From an uncultured virus (IMG/VR IMGVR_UViG_3300047510_001499) (taxonomy: Duplodnaviria > Heunggongvirae > Uroviricota > Caudoviricetes): 20,000 nucleotides of DNA. The position numbers and the translations under genes were made by a program. The stretch is taken from the IMG/VR virus record IMGVR_UViG_3300047510_001499. One strand, given 5' to 3'. Every line of letters starts with the position of its first letter. Positions within the stretch are counted from its first letter, which is position 1. Below, in pieces: positions 9,024-17,041 of this stretch. The notes below the pieces were generated by a model. It made no database searches, was not told the origin of the DNA, and was given only the letters and a program-made list of their open reading frames with translations.

Positions 9024-10054
9024 TGGCTGATAAGAAAATAACGGATTTAACAAGATTAACCGACCCGGTTCTTGCTGATGCTCTACCTATTGTAAATGGT
9101 GGTGAAACTAAAAAAACACTCGTTGGTGATATTGCAACTCCAATTAGAAATTATAATGCTCCACTTACTGCAAGTGGTATTGTTATATCGGGTCCCATAG
9201 TTCCATCAACTCCAAGTGGTTCAAGTTTAGGAACTGCAGAATTTCCATTTGGTGATTTATTCGTATCTTCTGGTTCTATTAACATTGCAAGTGATGTGCC
9301 GGGAGACCCAAACACATCTCTATCAAATGAAGGTGGTAATATTTTAGTATCCGCTGGTGGTATGAGATTGGTTGAACCCGGTAACTCGTTTATCGCTGAA
9401 ACGGGGTCATTCCAATATATTTCGGGAAGTTTAACTCAAGTAGGTAGTTATAATAGGATTGGAAACACTATAACAACAGGTTCAGTTGACTTTTCAGGTT
9501 CATTTACCGCTTCTTTACAATCAGGTTATATGTGGATAGGTAATTCTAATAATAGAACAACAACAATTCCTACATCTTCTTTATACACAAAAACTAATTT
9601 TGGATTCTATGGTTCATTTTATTCCACAGCATCACAATATAATCCCGTAGGTAATGTGTCACGTTCTATGATGTTGGAAACTTTAGTTACATCTAATGGT
9701 GTAAGTGTAGTAAGTGGTAGTAGAATGAAAGTATCTGGTGCCGGTGTTTATAACTTACAATTTTCCGCTCAATTAGAAAAAAGTGATAATGGTGTAGATA
9801 CGGTTTATATATGGTTTAAGAAAAACGGACTTAACATACCAGACTCTGCTACCTCACTTGATATATTAAAAGACGCGGGTGGTTCTGGTAGATTTGTTGC
9901 GGCTTGGAACTTTGTAGATACATTTAATGCTAATGATTATATAGAAATAGTCTGGCAATCCGATGACATTAACGTAAGTATACCTTATGTGGCTCCTTCG
10001 GGTAATATTCCATCAATACCATCGGTAATAGCAACGCTAACTCAAGTATCATAA
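9023..10054 (+). CDS. Putative fibre protein with C-terminal C1q/TNF-like (BclA-CTD-like) head
   Basis: 343 aa. The N-terminus MADKKITDLT...DALPIVNGGETKK is a common phage fibre N-terminus. The C-terminus YGSFYST...SNGVSV...SRMKVSGAGVYNLQFSAQL...WFKKNG...NDYIEIVW fits a C1q-type jelly roll. Confidence 0.65.
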   Translation: MADKKITDLTRLTDPVLADALPIVNGGETKKTLVGDIATPIRNYNAPLTASGIVISGPIVPSTPSGSSLGTAEFPFGDLFVSSGSINIASDVPGDPNTSLSNEGGNILVSAGGMRLVEPGNSFIAETGSFQYISGSLTQVGSYNRIGNTITTGSVDFSGSFTASLQSGYMWIGNSNNRTTTIPTSSLYTKTNFGFYGSFYSTASQYNPVGNVSRSMMLETLVTSNGVSVVSGSRMKVSGAGVYNLQFSAQLEKSDNGVDTVYIWFKKNGLNIPDSATSLDILKDAGGSGRFVAAWNFVDTFNANDYIEIVWQSDDINVSIPYVAPSGNIPSIPSVIATLTQVS

Positions 10055-10071
10055 TAAAAATAAAAAAAGTT

Positions 10072-10500
10072 ATGGCAAAAGGAAATTGGAGCCATATCCA
10101 AAAGACCAAAGGACATAAGTCAGGTCTTGAAGATAGGATAAACGAGCAGTTACGAATTCAAGGAATTGATGGTGAGTATGAGAAACACGAAATCCCATAT
10201 ACCATCCCAGCATCACACCACACCTACAAACCTGATTTTAAATTACCAAATGGAATTTATATTGAATCAAAGGGGTGGTTCTTGCCGGAAGATAGAAAAA
10301 AACATTTGTTAGTAAAAGAACAACATCCTGAAATGGATTTGAGATTTATCCTTCAATCTCCAAATGGTAAAATTTATAAGGGTTCAAAAACTACTTATGC
10401 TCAATGGTGTGAAAAACACGGATTCAAGTGGGCAAAGAAAGAAGTTCCGCGAGAATGGATAGATGAGAATCCAAAACAAAATTTCTTTGATTTCTCATAA
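10072..10500 (+). CDS. Phage endonuclease I (T7 gp3-like Holliday junction resolvase)
   Basis: 142 aa. SGLED, PYTIPASHHTYKPDFKLPNGIYIESKG, DRKKHLLVKEQHPE, KIYKGSKTTY and CEKHG match T7 endonuclease I blocks. The PD-(D/E)xK catalytic motif is intact. Confidence 0.93.
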   Translation: MAKGNWSHIQKTKGHKSGLEDRINEQLRIQGIDGEYEKHEIPYTIPASHHTYKPDFKLPNGIYIESKGWFLPEDRKKHLLVKEQHPEMDLRFILQSPNGKIYKGSKTTYAQWCEKHGFKWAKKEVPREWIDENPKQNFFDFS

Positions 10501-10516
10501 ATATTTCGTATATTAG
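10486..10516 (+). promoter_or_regulatory. Putative Bacteroidota-type sigma-A promoter (-33 TTTG, 19 bp spacer, -7 TATATTAG)
   Basis: TTTG at 10486-10489 and TATATTAG at 10509-10516 give one mismatch to TTTG-N19-21-TAnnTTTG. It lies directly upstream of the primase ATG at 10521. Confidence 0.5.
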
Positions 10517-10520
10517 TGGT

Positions 10521-11456
10521 ATGGAGGAAAGACTATTATCACTTTTAGAATCAATTCTTGGTAAGTCCAAGAAAACTTCGGGCGACAATTACTCGTTCTA
10601 TTCTCCATTTGTAGACCACTACAAGAGAAAATTAGAAATCAATATACGATTAAATTCCAAAGGAGAAAATCCTTGGCATTGTTGGATTTCTGATGAGAAG
10701 GGTAGAACTATTAAATCCCTTTTCAAAAAACTTCGTGTATCCAAACAAACTTGGGATGAATACAATTCAATCTTCAGCAAGGTCAACCGATATGCAAGTG
10801 AGTATGAAACTACTGAAATTGTAGAACAAGTAGAACTCCCAAAAGAATTCAAACCACTTTACCAAAAGTCAGATTCCATCAAATGGAAACACGCTATGAA
10901 TTACTTGTTAAATCGTGGGGTTCGTGCTGAAGATATTGTTAAATACAATATTGGATATTGTGAGGGTGGTGAATACGACAATAAAATTATCATCCCATCC
11001 TATGATGAGCGTGGTAAGTTAAACTACTTTGTTGGTAGGTCATTTTATGATACAAAGTTTAAACACAAAAATCCAAAGGTTTCCAAAGATATAGTTGGGT
11101 TTGATTTGTTAGTGAATTGGGATACTCCTATTATCCTATGTGAGGGTGCGTTTGACGCTATTTCAATTAGAAGAAATGCTATACCGCTTTTCGGTAAATC
11201 AATACAACCAAACCTTGAAAAGAAAATACTTGGAAAATTGGTAAAAAAGTTGTATATTTGTTTAGATTCGGATGCTATAAAAAATTCCATAGGATTGGCT
11301 GAAAAGTTTGTATCGTATGGAATTGAAACGTATTTAGTGGAGTTAAAAGATAAAGACCCATCTGAAATGGGATATGAAAATATAAATAAACTTATTTACA
11401 ATACACCACCCTTAACACTCCGAAGGTTGGTTGAGTTGAAGATGAACGGCTTATGA
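10521..11456 (+). CDS. DNA primase (DnaG/T4 gp61-like, TOPRIM)
   Basis: 311 aa. YLLNRGV, YNIGY, IIIPSYD...YFVGRS, TOPRIM motif ILCEGAFDA, CLDSDA (DxD) and KDPSE are present. The N-terminal zinc-ribbon region is degenerate. Confidence 0.9.
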   Translation: MEERLLSLLESILGKSKKTSGDNYSFYSPFVDHYKRKLEINIRLNSKGENPWHCWISDEKGRTIKSLFKKLRVSKQTWDEYNSIFSKVNRYASEYETTEIVEQVELPKEFKPLYQKSDSIKWKHAMNYLLNRGVRAEDIVKYNIGYCEGGEYDNKIIIPSYDERGKLNYFVGRSFYDTKFKHKNPKVSKDIVGFDLLVNWDTPIILCEGAFDAISIRRNAIPLFGKSIQPNLEKKILGKLVKKLYICLDSDAIKNSIGLAEKFVSYGIETYLVELKDKDPSEMGYENINKLIYNTPPLTLRRLVELKMNGL

Positions 11457-14400
11457 GTAAAGTTAAAACTCTTAATATTGGTATAGAAAAGATTGGTAAG
11501 ATTTACCATATCGCAGATGTCCACATTAGAAACCTAAAAAGACACTCCGAGTATCGTGATGTGTTTTCCCAACTTTATGGGTATATTTTGTCCACAATGT
11601 CGGAAAACGACATCATCGTAGTTGCTGGTGATATTGTCCACGCTAAAACCGATATGTCACCCGAAGTAGTAGATTTAACGCAAGAGTTCTTTACTCGTTT
11701 ATCAGACCTACTTCCAACTATTGTAATTCCTGGCAACCACGATGCTAATCTAAACAACCCATCTCGTATGGACGCTTTACAACCTATTGTAAATGCGTTG
11801 AAACTTGATAATCTATACTATCTTCGTGATACGGGTGTTTGGAAGATTGGTAATTGTTCGTTCTATCATCAGTCGGTATTTGATGAATCACCGGGGTTCC
11901 CAACACCGGTTGATGTTGAGGGGTGTGACCATAAGATTGCATTATTTCACGGAGCGGTTGATAAAATTGTTACCGAGTTTGGGTTTGTAATTGAAAACAA
12001 AAAAGTTCTTGTAGATAATTTCAAGGGATATGATATTGTTCTTCTTGGCGATATTCACAAACCAAACAATGGTGTATTAGGTAATGAGTGGATTAAGTAT
12101 CCTGGCTCTTTGATTATGCAGAATCACGCCGAATCGGTATTTCCAGAACACGGAATCTTGGTATGGGATGTTGATACAAAAACAAACGAATTCGTTCAGA
12201 TTAAAAATCCATATGGGTATGTGACTGTTGATGTTGAGAATGGTAAGATTGTATCTAACTCACCGATTCCACAAAAACCACGAATGAGAATTCGTGTTAA
12301 AAACACCAAAGCTGCTGACCTAAACAAACTGATTGCAGAATTAAAGAAGGGTAGACAAGTACAAGAACTTACGGTTCAAAAAGTTATTACTCGTAAGGAT
12401 TCTAACGAAAGTGAAAAGATTGTTCTTCAAAATGTTCGTGATGTTGCATATCAGAATAAATTGATTGAAGAGTACCTTTCCGATACCGAACATTTGACTG
12501 AAGACCAAATGAGTGTTGTAAAGGGAATCAACACCGACCTCAATGCTAAGTTGGGTAGTCACACTATCAAACTGAATTCTACTTGGGTTCCAAAAACATT
12601 TGAGTTCTCAAATATGTTTTCATATGGAGCAAACAATATTATTGACTTCAGCAATATGAAAGGTGCTTATGGAATCTTTGCACCAAACGCAAGTGGTAAG
12701 TCAACTCTTTGGGATGCTCTTTCGTTTTGTATCTTTGATAAGTGTTCACGAACCTCAAAGGCTGAGGATGTGATGAACTACTCTAAAAATTCGTTTGATT
12801 GTAAATTTACTTTTGACCTGAATGGGGTTGACTATGTGATTGAACGAAGTGCAAAGAAATCTCCAAAGAGGGGGACTGTAAAGGTAGATACAAACTTTTA
12901 CAAAATAGAAAATGGTGTGATGGAATCTCTTAATGGAGAACAACGAAGAGACACCAACTTTATTATCCGTGAGTATGTGGGAACATATGATGACTTCATC
13001 CTTACAGCAATGTCCACTCAATCAAACAATACAGGGTTTATTGACAAGTCACAAAAGGAAAGAAAAGAACTACTTGCTCAATTCTTGGATATGGATGTAT
13101 TTGAATCTCTTTACCAAATTGCAAGTGAAGAAATCAAAGAATTATCTGCTCTTCTAAAGGATTATAAGAATCAAGACCTACCGACCCAATTAGCTGACGC
13201 TGAGGAGACTTTAACATCCATTACAGGTTCTTTAACCGAATTAGAAGATAAGCGTCTTAAATTGGATTCTCAGCGAGATTCAATCAACACAAAGATTGAG
13301 TTTGAAGTTGGTAGTTTAAAGCCCGTTGATGATGTTGGTGATGTGGAACAATTAGAAACACATTTAGAGTCACTTAACAAGCAACGAAAAAGACAAGATA
13401 CCGAATGTGGTGTAAATCTTTCGGAGCTTAAAAGTATAGAAACAAAACAACAAGATGTTGAGTCAAAGATGTCCAATTTAAACATTGATGACTTAAAAGA
13501 AAAAAATGAACAATACAAAACTTACAATAATAAGTTTAATGAAATGGGAGTTCAACTTGATAAGTTGGAATCTCAAATGGTTCACGCTAAAAAACACTTG
13601 GATGGTATTGGGTCTCTTACCTTTGATGATAATTGTGACCATTGTGTAAGTAATAAAAACACACCATTTGCAAAACAAGCCCAAACCCTTGAAGATGAGT
13701 TGAAAAAATTGGGTAATGAATATACTGACTTGGTAACCAAACGTATGGATGTAATGACCCTACGAAATCAAAATGATGTGACCAAAGAGCTAAAGCTTTG
13801 GGATGACCTTTCCGAAACTTCTTCTAAATTGGAAAAGGAATGGTTAAAGGTCAGTCGTTCGTATGAGTCGTGTTTATCGCTTGTTAAGGACTATGATACC
13901 TCTATTAAAAATTTAGAGATTGATATTCAAAAAGCCAAGAACCAACAACAAGCGGTAGAGCATAACAAATTGGTAAAGGAAAAGATACAATCTTTAAAAG
14001 GTAAACGAACTGAAATTGAAGAGTCTATCAAAGAAACTACCAATGAGTTAATGAATATCAATTCAGAAATTAAGGTAGCTGAAAAAACCATTGAGAATGT
14101 TCATCAGTCTTTGGAAAAACTTCGTGGTATGGAAATGAAATACGATGGGTATGAATATTACCTCAAGTGTGTAAAGAGAGATGGTATTCCTTACAATCTT
14201 ATTTCAGAGGTTCTTCCAAAATTAGAAATGGAAATTAACAACATCCTTTCACCTATTGTAGATTTCCAAATCCTATTGAATACGGATGGTAAAAACATCA
14301 ATTCGTATATTGCATATGGTGATGCTGAATACTGGCCATTAGAACTTACAAGTGGTATGGAAAAATTCATTTCATCTATCGCAATCCGAACTGCTTTGAT

Positions 14401-14623
14401 AAATGTGTCTAATTTACCAAGACCAAACTTTATTGCAATTGATGAGGGATTTGGGTCATTAGACACGGACAACTTCAACTCACTCTATTTATTATTTGAT
14501 TATCTAAAGACGCAGTTTGATTTTATAATCACCATTTCGCACATTGATAAAACGAGGGATATGGTAGATTTCATTATTGACATCAATAAAATCAAAGGGT
14601 TTTCATCTATAAGATATTTATAA
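11453..14623 (+). CDS. Fused SbcD-SbcC (Mre11-Rad50, T4 gp47-gp46-like) nuclease-ATPase
   Basis: 1056 aa in one frame. Phosphoesterase motifs ADVH, AGDIVH, PGNHD, LFHG and LGDIH precede Walker A APNASGKST (12680-12706), Q-loop MSTQ, a coiled coil with CDHC hook (13634-13645), signature TSGMEK, Walker B/D-loop IAIDEGFGSLD and H-loop ISH. ATGA overlap with the primase. Confidence 0.93.
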   Translation: MSKVKTLNIGIEKIGKIYHIADVHIRNLKRHSEYRDVFSQLYGYILSTMSENDIIVVAGDIVHAKTDMSPEVVDLTQEFFTRLSDLLPTIVIPGNHDANLNNPSRMDALQPIVNALKLDNLYYLRDTGVWKIGNCSFYHQSVFDESPGFPTPVDVEGCDHKIALFHGAVDKIVTEFGFVIENKKVLVDNFKGYDIVLLGDIHKPNNGVLGNEWIKYPGSLIMQNHAESVFPEHGILVWDVDTKTNEFVQIKNPYGYVTVDVENGKIVSNSPIPQKPRMRIRVKNTKAADLNKLIAELKKGRQVQELTVQKVITRKDSNESEKIVLQNVRDVAYQNKLIEEYLSDTEHLTEDQMSVVKGINTDLNAKLGSHTIKLNSTWVPKTFEFSNMFSYGANNIIDFSNMKGAYGIFAPNASGKSTLWDALSFCIFDKCSRTSKAEDVMNYSKNSFDCKFTFDLNGVDYVIERSAKKSPKRGTVKVDTNFYKIENGVMESLNGEQRRDTNFIIREYVGTYDDFILTAMSTQSNNTGFIDKSQKERKELLAQFLDMDVFESLYQIASEEIKELSALLKDYKNQDLPTQLADAEETLTSITGSLTELEDKRLKLDSQRDSINTKIEFEVGSLKPVDDVGDVEQLETHLESLNKQRKRQDTECGVNLSELKSIETKQQDVESKMSNLNIDDLKEKNEQYKTYNNKFNEMGVQLDKLESQMVHAKKHLDGIGSLTFDDNCDHCVSNKNTPFAKQAQTLEDELKKLGNEYTDLVTKRMDVMTLRNQNDVTKELKLWDDLSETSSKLEKEWLKVSRSYESCLSLVKDYDTSIKNLEIDIQKAKNQQQAVEHNKLVKEKIQSLKGKRTEIEESIKETTNELMNINSEIKVAEKTIENVHQSLEKLRGMEMKYDGYEYYLKCVKRDGIPYNLISEVLPKLEMEINNILSPIVDFQILLNTDGKNINSYIAYGDAEYWPLELTSGMEKFISSIAIRTALINVSNLPRPNFIAIDEGFGSLDTDNFNSLYLLFDYLKTQFDFIITISHIDKTRDMVDFIIDINKIKGFSSIRYL
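14613..14622 (+). promoter_or_regulatory. Putative phage late promoter motif GATATTTATA
   Basis: Exact copy of 4096-4105, overlapping the SbcCD stop and 16 nt before the ATG at 14639, where content switches back to virion-type genes. Confidence 0.5.
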
Positions 14624-14638
14624 GAAATGGAGTAGTTA

Positions 14639-17023
14639 ATGGGTTTGGAACTCAAAATAAAGTCAAAACAAAATCTATCCAAATATAGAGTTTTAGTAGA
14701 AGACTCATCAGCAACATCTGATGAGTATTTTTCTATTGTAGAGTTTCCAGAATACTTGGGTGAGGGTAAGAACCTACTTCGTATCAAAACGAACCCAAAT
14801 GTATTTGAACCCAACACTCAAATCTTTATTGAGGTATTAGACCCAAATGGAACGCCGGTATATTGGGAGATTCCAAATCATAGAGAAAAAGATGACTCTC
14901 GTTTAATTTCTATTTGGGTTTATGGTGATAGAAACGACAAGTACGATAATGGTAAGGGTATTGGTGAGATAGTCTTGCTTGGAACCTTATCAACTACATC
15001 GGATGGTAAACAAGTTCCTACTGATTTCAAAAAGGTTCCAAATATAAGGTGGAGACGTAAAGTTTCGTTTGCACCAAACAAACCATCAAATGGTAAGATT
15101 GTATTTAGGACAGATAGTTTACCAAGACTAACACTATCTTCAAGTGTTGATACATTCACTAATAAAGTAGTATCAAATAATCAATTAGTTAAGACCATCA
15201 CCAATTCGGATGTTTATTATAAGAAATCTACATTTGGAAATACTGTATCACTTGAATATGAAAATGGTGATGCGTTTGAGGGTCAAATGGTTGGTGGTAT
15301 TGTTTATGGTAATTTGTCCACTACTTTATTTCCAAGATTGGGTGGTGGTCAATCACAACCAACTACATTTACTGCAAGTATTAGTTCAGTTCCATCCATT
15401 TCTATTTTAAGAATAGAAAATCCACTAACTCAAAGTGATAATAGAACAAATGGGTCCATTCACACATATGAGTATTCTGATGGAACTATAAATGTAAATG
15501 TAGAGTATTACTCAACCGCATCTGATACACAAACTCAAAATCAAGTTGCTGTTGCAAATATAACTTTAACTAACCTTGACCCTATTGTAGGTAGGGTTCA
15601 TTCAGTTAACACCTTACTAAAATCACAAGGATTAACTTCGGCTGAATATCAATTGATATCAAACAACTTGGTTAGTGCTACAGAATCAGTATCATTTAAA
15701 GTTCCAATTCCAACCGAACAACTAAACGACCCAAAGACTTTAAAATTACAATTTTTAAATGTTGATGGTGTGAAGTCAGAAACCGAACTTGTTAAATCAG
15801 ATGTTGTATTTACGGGCGGTAACGTATACATTGCAGGTGACCAATCCTTAATCACCGGCTCATTCCATATTGGAAACGCAATTGGAACTGGCATTGAAAT
15901 GTCCGGCCAATCAAGTGGATATCTAAAATCGGTTGGATACCAAGGATTTACATCAGCATCACTTGGTAAAGGGCCGGGTGGATTTCTTATTTGGAGTGGT
16001 AGTGGTAATTTACAAATTGGAGTAGACCAATACCCTGGTGTAGGAATGGAAATGGTGTCGGAGGGTGGTAGTTCAAGTTTCTTCTTTACAACCGCAGGTG
16101 GTGGTAATTTGCAGGTAATCACCGATGATTTCTTTATTGGAACCGAAGCCACTCAATTTGTTAGTGGTTCAAATGGTAACATAGAAATTAGTTCATCATT
16201 TTTCCATCTTAATCCAAAAGATAATGAAGCTGTGATTGGTGGGTTTGTTGTAACCCCAACTGCAATAAGTTCATCACAATTTGATACATCCGCATCAGTA
16301 TCCGTTCCAAAACTTGCACTAAAATCAAATGGACAAATTACAGGTTCAAGCGTTCTTATCCAACGACTATTGGATGGTGACTTTTACACTTTGTTTGATA
16401 CGAATGTTGGTATTATAGACGCAAGAAATAATGGTAGACAAATTATTTCGGATTATACTGAATATGAGTGGACCGGTTCGGTTGAAACAAAAGTGGCAGA
16501 ATATTACTTTCAGTTAATGCCGGGTGAAAATAGACTATTATATGCGTTTAGTCAGTTAACTCATAGGCAAGCGACTGGTTTTACTGGTTCAGTTGGATAT
16601 GTTCAAGGAACTTGCAAAATGACACTACAAATTCCAAATACGGGCTCTGTAACTAATGGTCCATATGGGTATTCATCTCCAAGTCAAGGTACATATTACT
16701 ACGATGGTTTTGCAAACGCAACAGAATACACGGTATTTGAACGAACTTTAGGTAATATTGCAACCAATGACTATTATTCAAGTAGAACAAATCAGCCAGG
16801 AGACCAAGGGTCTTATTATGTTGTTCCAAGTAACTTACAAGGTCGTTTGATTCGTGCAAATCTTTATTTAAAAACTTTAAATGTTGCAACCACTGGCCCA
16901 CGAACGGCCGGAACTTATTCAAGAGTCAAGGGTGTGAGTTTAGTTGCCACGAGACAATTTGGTCAGAGAGCTGGTGATATTACGGAAGTATTGCCTGATT
17001 TGGGTGAAGGGTTAGGAATATAA
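14639..17023 (+). CDS. Probable virion structural (tail/baseplate-associated) protein
   Basis: 794 aa, S/T/G-rich and beta-strand-like (FFIGTEATQFVSGSNGNIEISSSFFHL; IGGFVVTPTAISS). It shares the [ST]-[GAS]-S bias of the tail genes, and no enzyme motif was recognised. Confidence 0.55.
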   Translation: MGLELKIKSKQNLSKYRVLVEDSSATSDEYFSIVEFPEYLGEGKNLLRIKTNPNVFEPNTQIFIEVLDPNGTPVYWEIPNHREKDDSRLISIWVYGDRNDKYDNGKGIGEIVLLGTLSTTSDGKQVPTDFKKVPNIRWRRKVSFAPNKPSNGKIVFRTDSLPRLTLSSSVDTFTNKVVSNNQLVKTITNSDVYYKKSTFGNTVSLEYENGDAFEGQMVGGIVYGNLSTTLFPRLGGGQSQPTTFTASISSVPSISILRIENPLTQSDNRTNGSIHTYEYSDGTINVNVEYYSTASDTQTQNQVAVANITLTNLDPIVGRVHSVNTLLKSQGLTSAEYQLISNNLVSATESVSFKVPIPTEQLNDPKTLKLQFLNVDGVKSETELVKSDVVFTGGNVYIAGDQSLITGSFHIGNAIGTGIEMSGQSSGYLKSVGYQGFTSASLGKGPGGFLIWSGSGNLQIGVDQYPGVGMEMVSEGGSSSFFFTTAGGGNLQVITDDFFIGTEATQFVSGSNGNIEISSSFFHLNPKDNEAVIGGFVVTPTAISSSQFDTSASVSVPKLALKSNGQITGSSVLIQRLLDGDFYTLFDTNVGIIDARNNGRQIISDYTEYEWTGSVETKVAEYYFQLMPGENRLLYAFSQLTHRQATGFTGSVGYVQGTCKMTLQIPNTGSVTNGPYGYSSPSQGTYYYDGFANATEYTVFERTLGNIATNDYYSSRTNQPGDQGSYYVVPSNLQGRLIRANLYLKTLNVATTGPRTAGTYSRVKGVSLVATRQFGQRAGDITEVLPDLGEGLGI

Positions 17024-17028
17024 AATTA

Positions 17029-17038
17029 GATACTTATT
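17029..17038 (+). promoter_or_regulatory. Variant putative late promoter motif GATACTTATT
   Basis: 8/10 match to GATATTTATA, lying in the 18-bp gap before the ATG at 17042. Confidence 0.4.
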
Positions 17039-17041
17039 ATT

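Noticed and set aside
8081..10054. Diversity-generating retroelement targeting the lectin/fibre genes
   Set aside because: No reverse transcriptase and no template/variable repeat pair differing at adenines was noticed in this window.
11453..14623. Intein or intron explaining the length of the nuclease-ATPase gene
   Set aside because: The length is accounted for by nuclease, linker, ATPase halves and coiled coil; no intein splice-junction or homing endonuclease motifs were seen.
14627..14635. ATG GAG TAG minigene upstream of 14639
   Set aside because: Only two codons; more simply a GGAG ribosome-binding-like sequence or chance.
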